DNA of 64,000 bases from an uncultured Solirubrobacteraceae bacterium (GTDB lineage: Bacteria > Actinomycetota > Thermoleophilia > Solirubrobacterales > Solirubrobacteraceae), in assembly GCA_964588985.1 (NCBI GenBank), contig CAZPQW010000001.1:256001-320000 (forward strand), in the 5' to 3' direction. The translations under genes and the position numbers were made by a program. Of the stretch, positions 9,929 through 19,434 are shown piece by piece (within the stretch, counting starts at the first letter, position 1; each line of letters starts with the position of its first letter). The notes under the pieces were generated by a model that worked only from the letters and a program-made list of their open reading frames with translations, did no database searches and was not told where the DNA came from.

Positions 9929-10479
9929 CCCGTCGGCGCTTCCCGCTCTTCGCCATCGAGCAGCGCGGCGCTCCAGTGCTCCGGGTCGCGACGCGCCTGC
10001 TCCTTGGCCCACCTGAAGTGGTGGCGCGCGGACTCGAGCAGCAGCGGCGCCGTCGCGATCCCCGCGATCGTGTACTTCAGGTGCTCGCGGCGGGTCTCCA
10101 GCAGCACGCTCCCGACGCCCCCGAACAGCCACGCCCACAGCAGCGCGTTGTAGTACGGCATCTGCTCCGGCGTGAGGCCCTCGGCCTCGTCGAGCCACGG
10201 CAGCGCTCCCCAGCGCAGCGACCACGGCCAGTCGGCGAAGTGCACTCCCATCCCCGCGATCGCCACGCCCGCGTTGAACGCGAGCAGCGGACCGTCGCGG
10301 TCGTTGCCGACCAGCGCGCGCGTGAAGCCCACCGGGAGTGTCACGCTCCACAGCACGTTCGTCGCCCGGCGCCCGATCCATGGCTCGAGGAACACCCCCA
10401 CGCCCGCCTTGCGCTCGAAGCCGTTGTGCGCCGCCGCACCCAACGTCGCGAGCGCGTTGAGCGGCTTGAAGACCCTCAC
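9925..10479 (-). CDS. hypothetical membrane protein with His residues in or near TM segments
   Basis: Several hydrophobic segments; TACGAT-N7-GTG start; ATGA-coupled to the deacetylase. Confidence 0.65.
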   Translation of the reverse strand: MRVFKPLNALATLGAAAHNGFERKAGVGVFLEPWIGRRATNVLWSVTLPVGFTRALVGNDRDGPLLAFNAGVAIAGMGVHFADWPWSLRWGALPWLDEAEGLTPEQMPYYNALLWAWLFGGVGSVLLETRREHLKYTIAGIATAPLLLESARHHFRWAKEQARRDPEHWSAALLDGEEREAPTG

Positions 10480-10498
10480 ACCGTTGATCGTACGACGC

Positions 10499-12307
10499 TC
10501 AGCTCTCGAGCGCCTCCGACGTCTCCAGCCACGAGGTCTCGAGCGTTTCCCGCTCGCTCGCCACCTGCTCCAGCTCTCTCTGAAGTTGCGCCAGTTGCGC
10601 ATGGTCGGATGCGTTGGCCGCCATCTGCTCGTTCAACGTCGTCTCGCGCTCCGACAACTGCTCGATCGCTCGTTCAAGCCGCTTGAGCTCGCGCGCGGAG
10701 CGCTGGGCCTCCTTGCGCGCGGCACGGATCTGCGCGCCCGCGGGAACGCCGTCGGCTCGCGGCGCATCCGTGCTCGCCGCCGCCTCCTCGGCCCGTCGCT
10801 CCTCGACGTACTGCTCGATCCCGCCGGGCAGGTGGCGGATCCCGCCGTCGGCGGTGAGCGCATACACGTTGTCGCACACGCGCTCGGCGAAGTAGCGGTC
10901 GTGGCTCACCACCACGAGCGTGCCCGGCCAGCCGTCGAGCAGGTCCTCGAGCGCGGTTAGGGTGTCGATGTCGAGGTCGTTAGTGGGCTCGTCGAGCAGC
11001 AGCACGTTCGGCTCGCCCATCAGCAGGCGCATCAGCGCGAGGCGCCTGCGCTCGCCGCCGGACAGCTCGCTCACGATCGTGCGCGCCTTCTCGCCGCGGA
11101 AGCCGAAGCGGTCGCACAGCATCGCCGCGGTGATCTCCTGCCCGTCGCTGAGCGTCGCGTGGCCGCGGACCTCCTCGAGAGACTCGAGCACACGCAGGTG
11201 CTCGGGGATCTCCACCGTGTCCTGCGAGAGGTGTGCGACGCGGACGGTCGCGCCCCGCGTCACCCTGCCGGACGTCGGCTCCATCTCGCCCGCGAGCAGC
11301 TTTACGAGCGACGTCTTGCCCGACCCGTTCACGCCCACCACCGCCACACGATCACCGGGGCCGAGGCGCCACGTCAAGTCGTGCAGCACCTCGCGCGAGC
11401 CGAGCGTCAGCGACACGTCGACAGCGTCGAGCACCTTGTCGCCGAGGCGCGAGGTGGCGAAGCGCAGTAGCTCCGTCTGGTCGCGCGCCTGGGGCTCGTT
11501 CTCGATCAACGCGTTCGCCGCGTCGATGCGGAACTTCGGCTTGCTCGTGCGCGCCGGCGGTCCGCGCCGCAGCCACGCGAGCTCCTTGCGCAGCAGCTGC
11601 TGGCGGCGGCCCTCGCGCGCGCTCTCCTGGCGGTCGCGCTCGGCGCGCGCGAGCACGTATGCGGCGTAGCCGCCCTCGTACTGGTGCACCGCGCCGTCTG
11701 ACACCTCCCACGTGGACGTGCACACCGCGTCGAGGAACCAGCGGTCGTGGGTCACCACGAGCATCGAGCCGCGGCGGGCGGCGAGGTGCCGTGCGAGCCA
11801 ATCCACGCCTTCCACGTCGAGGTGGTTCGTCGGCTCGTCGAGCAGCAGCAGCTCGGGTGGGTCGAGCAGCAGGCGCGCCAAAGCGATGCGCCGACGCTCG
11901 CCGCCCGACAGTCCAGCGATCGGCGTGTCCATCCCGTGTGCGAACAGCGACAGCGCCATGCCGCCCATCAGGCCGTCGAGCACGTCACGAAACGCGCTGT
12001 CCGCGGCCCACTCGTGCTCCGCGCGTTCGCCCACGAGGACCTCGCGGATCGTGCGGAGCTCGTCCAGCTCGTCGCGCTGCCCCAGCAGCGCAACGCCCAC
12101 GTCGCCCGTCCGCGTGAGCGCTCCCGTGTCGGGCTCCTCCACGCCGGCGATCAGCCGCAGCAGCGTCGACTTGCCGCCGCCGTTCTGGCCCACCACACCG
12201 ATGCGCTCGCCGGCGGAGACCCCGAGCGTGACGTCGTGCAGCACCGAGCGGCTGCCGTAGCCCTTGGCCACGGACTTGAGGTTCACGAGGTTGCGCGGTG
12301 CGGGCAT
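10499..12307 (-). CDS. ABC-F family ATPase (Uup-like)
   Basis: Two NBDs (GQNGGGKST, GVNGSGKTS, LSGGE, LLLDEPTN), no TM segments, C-terminal coiled coil. Confidence 0.93.
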   Translation of the reverse strand: MPAPRNLVNLKSVAKGYGSRSVLHDVTLGVSAGERIGVVGQNGGGKSTLLRLIAGVEEPDTGALTRTGDVGVALLGQRDELDELRTIREVLVGERAEHEWAADSAFRDVLDGLMGGMALSLFAHGMDTPIAGLSGGERRRIALARLLLDPPELLLLDEPTNHLDVEGVDWLARHLAARRGSMLVVTHDRWFLDAVCTSTWEVSDGAVHQYEGGYAAYVLARAERDRQESAREGRRQQLLRKELAWLRRGPPARTSKPKFRIDAANALIENEPQARDQTELLRFATSRLGDKVLDAVDVSLTLGSREVLHDLTWRLGPGDRVAVVGVNGSGKTSLVKLLAGEMEPTSGRVTRGATVRVAHLSQDTVEIPEHLRVLESLEEVRGHATLSDGQEITAAMLCDRFGFRGEKARTIVSELSGGERRRLALMRLLMGEPNVLLLDEPTNDLDIDTLTALEDLLDGWPGTLVVVSHDRYFAERVCDNVYALTADGGIRHLPGGIEQYVEERRAEEAAASTDAPRADGVPAGAQIRAARKEAQRSARELKRLERAIEQLSERETTLNEQMAANASDHAQLAQLQRELEQVASERETLETSWLETSEALES

Positions 12308-12354
12308 CGGGTGCCCCATCCTCGCCGATCGACACTCGCACTACGATCCACGCG

Positions 12355-13449
12355 ATGAGAGGCCGGCGACACAGCCTTTGGGTTCGGACGCTCGGTCTCA
12401 CGGCCGCGCTGCTGGCGAGCGGAGCGGTCGCGACCTCCTCGGCGCCCGCCGCCGCGATCCCAGCCGCTACGTCGCCGTTCTCGGGCACCGCGCTGTGGAT
12501 CAAACAGGTGCCATCGCAGTCCACCCCGCAGGCGCTCGCGGCGCAGGCGACCCAGAGCGGCGCGCGCACGCTGTTCGTGAAGGCCGCCGATGGCTCCACG
12601 CCCGATCCTCAGTTCACCCCCGCGCTCGTAGCCGGGCTGCGGGCCGCCGGGGTGTCGGTGTGCGGCTGGACGTTCGCGTACGGGCAGAGCCCGCTCGGCG
12701 AGGCCGCCGCCGCGGTGGCGGCCGTACGGTCGGGAGCACAGTGCCTGGTGGTAGACGCCGAGGGTCAGTACGACAAGCTCTACGGCGCGGCGCAGCTGTT
12801 CGTGAGCAGCCTGCGCTCGCAGCTCGGGCCGCGCTTCCCGATCGGATTGGCGGGCCAGGCGGAGGTCCTGCAGCACCCCACGTTCCCCTACTCGGTGTTT
12901 CTCGGGCCGGGCGGCTTCGACTTCGACATGCCGCAGATCTACTGGCGGGAACTCGGTGTGAGCGTCGACGCCGCATACGCCGCGACGATCGGATCCAATG
13001 CCATCTACGGCCGCCCGATCGTCCCAGTCGGGCAGATCTTCGGCGCGCCGGCACCGACTGCACTGGCGCGCTTTCGCGCTCTTGCCCGCGCGTACGGCTC
13101 CCCCGGCGCGAGCTTTTTCGATCTCGACGCCGCGCTGCCGGAAGCGCTCGCGGCGCTCGCCGCCCCGGTGGTGAGGCTCGCGCGCCGACCTGTCGTCGCG
13201 CCGACGCTCCACGCGGGAGCGGACGGGGATGAGGTCGTGTGGGCCCAGGAGCTGCTCGACGCTGCCGGTGCGCATCTCCCTGTAGGTGGCTTCTTCGGCG
13301 CCCAGACCGCACGTGCGCTGGCTCGCTTTCAGGCGCGACACCGCCTGCGCCCCAACGGGGTGCTCGGCCCGGCGACGTGGAGGGCGCTGATGCGCCTGCG
13401 CCCCCGCGAGCCGTCGTGGGCCGGAGGGCCGCCCGACAGCGCCCGGTAG
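12355..13449 (+). CDS. secreted GH25-like TIM-barrel protein with C-terminal peptidoglycan-binding domain
   Basis: Signal peptide; LFVKAADG and VVDAEG (DxE); PG_binding_1 pattern LHAGADGDEVVWAQ...GFFGAQTARALARFQ...NGVLGPATW. Confidence 0.72.
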   Translation: MRGRRHSLWVRTLGLTAALLASGAVATSSAPAAAIPAATSPFSGTALWIKQVPSQSTPQALAAQATQSGARTLFVKAADGSTPDPQFTPALVAGLRAAGVSVCGWTFAYGQSPLGEAAAAVAAVRSGAQCLVVDAEGQYDKLYGAAQLFVSSLRSQLGPRFPIGLAGQAEVLQHPTFPYSVFLGPGGFDFDMPQIYWRELGVSVDAAYAATIGSNAIYGRPIVPVGQIFGAPAPTALARFRALARAYGSPGASFFDLDAALPEALAALAAPVVRLARRPVVAPTLHAGADGDEVVWAQELLDAAGAHLPVGGFFGAQTARALARFQARHRLRPNGVLGPATWRALMRLRPREPSWAGGPPDSAR

Positions 13450-13490
13450 CCCATAGGGCGCCCGTCCACCAGGTCGAATAATCTGCCCTC

Positions 13491-13952
13491 GTGGTCGTCG
13501 CGGTCGCGTTCTACGACGTCGTGCTCTGGGTGCACATCACCGCCGTGATCGCCGCGTTCGGAGCGCTGTTCGCCTACCCCGTTTTCCTCGCGGTCAACGC
13601 AAAGGCGCCGCTCGCCCAGCGGGCCAACTTCCACCGTCTGCAGATCGCGTTCAGCAAACGCGTCACCGGCCCGGTGATCGGCGTGGTGCTGCTCGCCGGG
13701 ATCTATCTCGCCAGCGACCACCATCTCTGGTCTCACACGTGGGTGGTGGTGCCGTTCGTCCTGCTGCTGGTGATCGCGGGCCTCGGGGCGACGGTGCTGC
13801 GCCAGGGCGAGAAGCAGCTGATCGCCTCATCCGAGGCGGAGGACGAGCCTGCCTATGCGGCCGCCCTCGCGACTGTCCAGACGTGGACGTTCGTGACGAT
13901 CGCGCTGATCGTGATCACGGTGTTCTTCATGGCCGCGAAGCCGTTCGGCTAG
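13491..13952 (+). CDS. DUF2269-like four-TM membrane protein
   Basis: WVHITAVIAAFG start, four TM segments, C-terminal FFMAAKPF. Confidence 0.75.
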   Translation: MVVAVAFYDVVLWVHITAVIAAFGALFAYPVFLAVNAKAPLAQRANFHRLQIAFSKRVTGPVIGVVLLAGIYLASDHHLWSHTWVVVPFVLLLVIAGLGATVLRQGEKQLIASSEAEDEPAYAAALATVQTWTFVTIALIVITVFFMAAKPFG

Positions 13953-13977
13953 GGAGCCGTCGCGCCCGCCGGGAGCG

Positions 13978-14985
13978 TCACACCCGCACGATCACCTTGC
14001 CGGTGTTGCCGCCGGTGAACAGCAGGTTGAGCGCGTCGGGCGCGTGCTCGAGGCCGTCCACGATGTGCTCCGCGGACTTGATCTTCCCGGCGGCGAGCCA
14101 GCCCGCCATCTCCGCCTGACCCGCGGGGAAGCGGTCGAAGTAGTCGAGGATGATGAAGCCCTCCATCCGCCCGCGGCGGATCAGCAGCGACAGGTAGTTC
14201 GCCGGACCGGTGGGGCGCCCGTCGTTGTTGTAGCCGGAGATCGCACCGCACAGCACCACCCGGCCGCGCATCGCGAGCTGCGCGAGGCACGCGTCGAGGA
14301 TCTCCCCGCCGACGTTGTCGAAGTACAGGTCGATCCCCTGCGGCGCCTCCTCGCGCAGGCGCTTGGCGACATCCTCTGACTTGTAGTCGATCGCCGCGTC
14401 GAAGCCGAGCTCGTCGACGATCCACGCGCACTTCTCCGAGCCGCCCGCGATCCCGATCACCTTCCCCGCGCCCTTGATCCGTGCGATCTGCCCGACGGTC
14501 GAGCCGGTCGCGCCGCCCGCGCCGGAAACCACCACCACGTCGCCCTCCTGCACGCGGCCAACGTCGAGCAGACCGAAGTAGGCGGTCATGCCGGTGATGC
14601 CGAGCACGCCGAGCGCCGCGGTGGGGGACACGCCCGCGGGCAGGCTCTGCATCGTCCGCGCTCCCTCGTCCGCGATCACGTAGTCCTGCCAGCCGGTCAT
14701 CCCGAACAGCAGCTCGCCGAGCTTGTATTGGGGCGTGTTGCTCTCGATCACCTCGGCGATCCCTCCGGCGCGCACCACTTCGTCGATCGCGATCGGAGGC
14801 AGGTAGCCGGGCGCGTCGTCCATCCACGTGCGGATCGTCGGGTCGATCGACAGGTAGCGCACGCGCGCGAGCGCCTCGCCAGGACCGGCGACGGGAATGT
14901 CGGTCTCCTCCATGCGGATCGTCCGCTCGTTCACCATCCCCGACGGGCGCTCGGCCAGGACCAGACGACGATTACGCTCGCTCAC
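13978..14985 (-). CDS. NADP-dependent oxidoreductase (prostaglandin reductase/CurA-like MDR)
   Basis: YLSIDPTIR, GITGMTAYFGL, SGAGGATG, YFDNVGG, NTGK. Confidence 0.92.
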   Translation of the reverse strand: MSERNRRLVLAERPSGMVNERTIRMEETDIPVAGPGEALARVRYLSIDPTIRTWMDDAPGYLPPIAIDEVVRAGGIAEVIESNTPQYKLGELLFGMTGWQDYVIADEGARTMQSLPAGVSPTAALGVLGITGMTAYFGLLDVGRVQEGDVVVVSGAGGATGSTVGQIARIKGAGKVIGIAGGSEKCAWIVDELGFDAAIDYKSEDVAKRLREEAPQGIDLYFDNVGGEILDACLAQLAMRGRVVLCGAISGYNNDGRPTGPANYLSLLIRRGRMEGFIILDYFDRFPAGQAEMAGWLAAGKIKSAEHIVDGLEHAPDALNLLFTGGNTGKVIVRV

Positions 14986-15398
14986 TCGGTGCTCCCCTCG
15001 TTGGTTGGTGTGGCATGGCGCTCGCGCTGGACTCTCGCGATCCATCCGCCCAGCGCGCTCAGAAGCATCCCCGCGATCGCGGTCACCACCGCGAGCAGCG
15101 GCGGGAAGCTGCCGAGCGAGACCAGTGCGTGCGTGCCGACGATCGCGTGCGCGACGAGGAGGCCGACGCCGTAGATGCCGCCGGCGACGAGTCCCCGGTC
15201 GGCGCCGCCCCAGCCGTCGAGGTGCTCGAAACCCGCTACGACGCTCGCGACGGCCACCACCGCGGCGTATCCCCAGTAGGCGCCGCTCGAGGCGCCCACG
15301 AGGACCCCCGCGACCGCGCCGGCGATCGCCGGGATGACGCCGCCGATGACGATCTGCGCGGGACGCTCACGGTCGCGAAACAGGACAGGCTGGTACAT
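14982..15398 (-). CDS. hypothetical four-TM membrane protein
   Basis: GGAGG RBS; hydrophobic Gly-rich helices; GTGA overlap with the oxidoreductase. Confidence 0.65.
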   Translation of the reverse strand: MYQPVLFRDRERPAQIVIGGVIPAIAGAVAGVLVGASSGAYWGYAAVVAVASVVAGFEHLDGWGGADRGLVAGGIYGVGLLVAHAIVGTHALVSLGSFPPLLAVVTAIAGMLLSALGGWIARVQRERHATPTNEGSTE

Positions 15399-15449
15399 CG
15401 GATCCCCTCCTCCAAGAGTGGTCTCCAACACTACCGGACGGGTTGACTC

Positions 15450-15881
15450 CTAATGGCGTGGCCGTGGCTTATTGGCAGGTGGGTTGCGGCGGAGGTCCTG
15501 CCAGAACTGGCGGGGCTTGCACGACGCGACCAGCGGCGCGCCCGCTGTGCGAATCGTTTCGGCGCCGGCGACGTACTCCATGCACGGGCTGGATTTCGAA
15601 GCTGGGCATTCCCCGCCGGGCGTCGAGGGCACATGGGGACGGACGGCGACCGCGACCGGGACGGTGCAGCCGCAGGCGCCGGTGGCGAACGAGCATTCGG
15701 GACGCGGCGTGGCCGACGGATGGGTCTTGCGTTCGATCAGCTCCAGCAGCGAGCGGGGGATGGCCGTCGCGCGAGCGTGGCCGGTCTGGGCGTGGCGGGC
15801 GGTGGCGTGCCCGCTGCTCACCGCGGCGAGCGCGCAAGCGATCGCGAAGCAACCGAGCAAGACAAGCACCATGCGCCTCAC
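15450..15881 (-). CDS. small secreted Cys-containing hypothetical protein
   Basis: TATCCT-N6-GTG start, signal peptide RRMVLVLLGCFAIACALAA, six Cys in the mature part. Confidence 0.5.
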   Translation of the reverse strand: MRRMVLVLLGCFAIACALAAVSSGHATARHAQTGHARATAIPRSLLELIERKTHPSATPRPECSFATGACGCTVPVAVAVRPHVPSTPGGECPASKSSPCMEYVAGAETIRTAGAPLVASCKPRQFWQDLRRNPPANKPRPRH

Positions 15882-15932
15882 CGGTCCAGGATAACCCGGT
15901 AGACGCGGTCGCGCACCACCTAGCATTGCCTC

Positions 15933-16949
15933 ATCTTCCGCCTCTCCGTCCTCGACCAGTCCCCGATCTCCCAGGGCTTCTCCGGCGCGCAGGCGCTGCG
16001 CAACACGCTCGAGTTGGCGCGCCTGACCGACCGCCTCGGCTACCACCGCTACTGGGTCGCCGAGCACCATGGCGGGCCGATGCTCGCGGGGCCGAGCCCG
16101 GAGGCGCTGATCGGGCCGATCGCGGCCGCGACGAAGCACATCAGGGTGGGCAGCGGGGGCGTGATGCTGCCGCACTACAGCCCGTTCAAGGTCGCCGAGA
16201 CGTTCAGCCTGCTCGCCGGTCTGTTCCCCGGGCGCATCGACCTCGGGCTGGGACGCGCCGCGGGTACCGACCCGCTGACCACGTACGCCCTGCAGCGCGA
16301 CAGGCGCCAGGCGACACCGGACGACTTTCCCCAACAGCTCGAGGAGCTGTTGGGCTATCTATATGACCGCCTCCCGAGTGACCACCCGTTCGCGCGGCTG
16401 GCGAAGATGCTCCCCGGTCTCCCGGAGCGTCCTGAGCCGTGGCTGTTGGGCTCCTCGCCGCAGAGCGCGCTGTGGGCCGCGGAGCTGGGACTGCCTTACG
16501 CGTTCGCGGACTTCATCAACCCGCGCGGAGCGGAGATCACGGCGCTCTACCGCGAGCGCTTCGCCGAACACGAACACGAGGGCCTGCACCCGCGTACGGC
16601 GGTGGCGGTGTGGACGATCTGCGCCGAGACCGACGAGGAGGCGCGGCGGCTGGCGGCGAGCGGGCGGATGACGTTCACGCTGCTGCGCCGCGGGCAGCTG
16701 ATCGCGGTGCCGCCGCCCGAGGAGGCGCTGCGGTTCCTCGAAGCCGACGACCGCTCCGCCGCGGGGCCGCGCTCGGAGCGACGCGCGGTCCTCGGTGCGC
16801 CGGCGACGGTGCGCGCGGAGCTCGAGGACGTGGTCGCCCGCTACGGCGCGGAGGAGGCGATCATCGTGTCGATCACCTACGACCACCTCGCGCGCATGCG
16901 CTCGTACGAGCTGCTCGCCGAGGCGTGCGGGTGCGAGTCGCGCCCATAG
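15933..16949 (+). CDS. luciferase-like (LLM class) flavin-dependent oxidoreductase; start codon apparently ATC
   Basis: RLSVLDQSP lies upstream of the ORF-track start; YWVAEHH, RVGSGGVML, GRIDLGLGRA. Confidence 0.88.
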   Translation: MFRLSVLDQSPISQGFSGAQALRNTLELARLTDRLGYHRYWVAEHHGGPMLAGPSPEALIGPIAAATKHIRVGSGGVMLPHYSPFKVAETFSLLAGLFPGRIDLGLGRAAGTDPLTTYALQRDRRQATPDDFPQQLEELLGYLYDRLPSDHPFARLAKMLPGLPERPEPWLLGSSPQSALWAAELGLPYAFADFINPRGAEITALYRERFAEHEHEGLHPRTAVAVWTICAETDEEARRLAASGRMTFTLLRRGQLIAVPPPEEALRFLEADDRSAAGPRSERRAVLGAPATVRAELEDVVARYGAEEAIIVSITYDHLARMRSYELLAEACGCESRP

Positions 16950-16956
16950 AGGGCTC

Positions 16957-17976
16957 ATGCACGCCGAGCGACTGACCGCGCAGATGCTCGCCGGGCCGCC
17001 GGCGAGCGACCCGGTGGAGGTGACACGCAGGCTGCTCGCGGTGCAGGGGCAGGACCCGCGTGGAGCGCGGCTCGCGATCCGCGCGCGGAGCACCGGCCTC
17101 TCAGCGGCGGACGTCGATCGCGCGCTCACGGAGGACCGCTCGCTGCTGATCACGTGGGTGAACCGCGGCACTCTGCATCTGCTCGCGAGCGAGGACTACC
17201 CGTGGCTGCACGAGCTCACCGCGCCGACGCTGTTCACCGCCGCCGCGAGGCGCCTCGCGCAGGAGGGTGTCACGCCGGACGCGGCCGATCGCGCGGTGGC
17301 GGCGGTCGAGAGCTCGCTGGCCGAGGAGGGGCCGCTGAGCAGGCTGCAGCTGCGCGAGCGGATCGACGCCGTGGGTGTGCGCACGGAGGGGCAGGCGCTG
17401 GTGCACTTGCTGCTGCTCGCGACGCTGCGCGGGCTGACGGTGCGCGGGCCGATTGTGGAGGGGCAGCACGCGTATGTGCTCGTGCGCGACTGGCTAGGGG
17501 AATCCGCGCCGGTCGATCGCGAGCGCGCACTCGCGGAGCTCGCCCGCAGGTATCTCGTGGGTCACGCGCCGGCCGACGAGCGCGACCTCGCGAAGTGGGC
17601 GGGCCTGCCACTGCGCGACGCGCGCGCAGGCCTCGCCGCGATCGCGTCGCAGCTGCATCAGCGCGAGGACGGGCTCGTCGAGCTCACGGGTAGCGGTGCG
17701 CCCGCACCGCTACCGCCACCGCGCCTGCTCGGGTCGTTCGAGCCGGTGCTGCTCGGATGGCGCTCGCGCGCGGCGTTGCTGGGCGCGCACGAGCAGCGGC
17801 TCGTCACGAACAACGGCATCTTCCGCCCGTTCGCGATGGTGAACGGGCGCGCGGTCGCCGTGTGGAAGCTGTCGGCTGGGAAGGTCACCCTCGAGCCCTT
17901 CGCGCGGATCGCGGCGAAGGACGAGGCGGCGCTGCAGGCGGACGCCGAGGATGTCGTCCGCTTCCTCTCCCGTTAG
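16957..17976 (+). CDS. AlkZ/YcaQ-family (HTH_42) DNA glycosylase-like protein
   Basis: AVQGQD (QxQ motif), WVNRGTLHL, LARRYLVGHAPA...DLAKWAGL. Confidence 0.82.
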   Translation: MHAERLTAQMLAGPPASDPVEVTRRLLAVQGQDPRGARLAIRARSTGLSAADVDRALTEDRSLLITWVNRGTLHLLASEDYPWLHELTAPTLFTAAARRLAQEGVTPDAADRAVAAVESSLAEEGPLSRLQLRERIDAVGVRTEGQALVHLLLLATLRGLTVRGPIVEGQHAYVLVRDWLGESAPVDRERALAELARRYLVGHAPADERDLAKWAGLPLRDARAGLAAIASQLHQREDGLVELTGSGAPAPLPPPRLLGSFEPVLLGWRSRAALLGAHEQRLVTNNGIFRPFAMVNGRAVAVWKLSAGKVTLEPFARIAAKDEAALQADAEDVVRFLSR

Positions 17977-18521
17977 CCGGGGATCGCCACCCTCAGGATT
18001 GGGGCGCTCGTCGGGCTCGGGCTGCCACCGAGCGGCTCGGCGGTGACGAGCACGCTGCGCACGCCGCGCAGGCTGCCGGGGATCTGCACGTCGGCGCTAC
18101 CCGCTCTCGTGACCGTGAACAGCGCGTCGGTGGGTCGTGGCGGAGCGCCCGGTCGATCGAGCCAGAGCTCGTAGACCTCGCCGAACGGCGGCTCGGACAT
18201 CCGAGATATCTCCAGCTCCGTGCTGTGTCCGACACGTCGGAGCGAAACCACGGGGGCGCTTGCGCGCGCGCCGCTGTTCGGCGTTCCGGCGGGGTTTCCG
18301 CTTCTCAACGATCCGACCAGCGCAAGTGCACCGCTGAGCGCGAGCGCCGTGCAGACGAGGCCGCCCCCGGTCTGCATCGCACGCCGTCCGCGCACCGGCT
18401 TTCCCGGATCGCCATTGCCGCCGGCCGCCGCCAGTACGCGTCGACGAAGAGAGCCTGGTGCGATCACCCGCTGCGCGGGCACCTGAGCGGTGCTGCAAGA
18501 CGATCGTGTCGAGCGAAGCAT
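17973..18521 (-). CDS. stand-alone RskA C-terminal-domain protein (no ZAS domain)
   Basis: TM segment, then GEVYELWL...TDALFTV...VLVTAEPLGGSPSPTS, closely similar to the C-terminus of 22800-23519; start position uncertain. Confidence 0.75.
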   Translation of the reverse strand: MLRSTRSSCSTAQVPAQRVIAPGSLRRRVLAAAGGNGDPGKPVRGRRAMQTGGGLVCTALALSGALALVGSLRSGNPAGTPNSGARASAPVVSLRRVGHSTELEISRMSEPPFGEVYELWLDRPGAPPRPTDALFTVTRAGSADVQIPGSLRGVRSVLVTAEPLGGSPSPTSAPILRVAIPG

Positions 18522-18530
18522 CGAGTTCCC

Positions 18531-18556
18531 TACGCACAGCGCCCCGCGGTGGATCA
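18531..18556 (-). promoter_or_regulatory. ECF (SigK-like) promoter copy 1
   Basis: Minus strand TGATCC-accgcggggcgctgtg-CGTA, 9 nt before ATG 18521. Confidence 0.8.
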
Positions 18557-18602
18557 CTCCCGCGCTCAATCGCCGGCGACGCGCGCAATTAACACTCTCG
18601 AT

Positions 18603-18628
18603 TGATCCGTATTCGCGCTGACGGCGTA
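18603..18628 (+). promoter_or_regulatory. ECF (SigK-like) promoter copy 2
   Basis: TGATCC-gtattcgcgctgacgg-CGTA upstream of the first ferritin-like gene. Confidence 0.82.
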
Positions 18629-18697
18629 GTCACACCAAGCAAGGCTGACAGGGGGAGGTTTCCTCAGCCGACCTGCCAACCCCAACATGGGAGAGTC

Positions 18698-19390
18698 ATG
18701 ACTTACACGATCAACCTGGATGAGGTCGATGTTGACGGTGCGGTACGCGAGGCGGCGGACGACGTGTCGGGTGACACGCGACTGAGCTTCCTCAAGAAGG
18801 CCGGTGTCGCGGGCGGCGCGGCGATGAGCGGCGGCGCGACTCTGTCAGTGTTCGCGCCGAGCGCGTTCGCGGCAAGTCACGGTCGCCCGCCGGCGAAATT
18901 CGGTAAAGGTGACATCGGCATACTCAACTACGCGCTCACGCTCGAGTATCTCGAGGCGGCGTTCTACAACGGCGCAACCGCGGCGAACCTGCCGCTTAGC
19001 GCCCAGGCGAGCGCGTTCCTGAAGGTGGTCACCGCCGATGAGAACGCACACGTCGCGTTCCTCAAGAAGGCGCTCGGCAAAAAAGCCGTCGCGTCGCCGA
19101 AGTTCGACTTCAAAGGCTCCAACACCAACGCCGAAACGTTCATGAAGACCGCACAGGTCTTGGAGAACACGGGCGTGCACGCCTATTCGGGGCAGGCCCT
19201 CAACATCAAGTCGGCCACGTACGTCAAGGCAGCATTGTCGATCCTTACGATCGAGGCTCGCCACGCGAGCGTGATCGGGCTGCTGAACGACCCGACGGGC
19301 AAGGAAATCGCACCCGACGGCCCGTTCGACACACCGCTCACGGCGTCGAAGGTGCTCGCCGCGGTGAAGGCCACCGGCTTCGTCGTCTGA
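18698..19390 (+). CDS. ferritin-like (Ferritin_2/desiccation-related) protein 1 with Tat-type signal
   Basis: ILNYALTLEYLE, DENAH, LENTG, IEARH di-metal ligands; signal DTRLSFLKK...AFA. Confidence 0.9.
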   Translation: MTYTINLDEVDVDGAVREAADDVSGDTRLSFLKKAGVAGGAAMSGGATLSVFAPSAFAASHGRPPAKFGKGDIGILNYALTLEYLEAAFYNGATAANLPLSAQASAFLKVVTADENAHVAFLKKALGKKAVASPKFDFKGSNTNAETFMKTAQVLENTGVHAYSGQALNIKSATYVKAALSILTIEARHASVIGLLNDPTGKEIAPDGPFDTPLTASKVLAAVKATGFVV

Positions 19391-19434
19391 GTGCACGTGC
19401 GATTCCCGACAAACACGACGTGGAGGTAGTGAAG

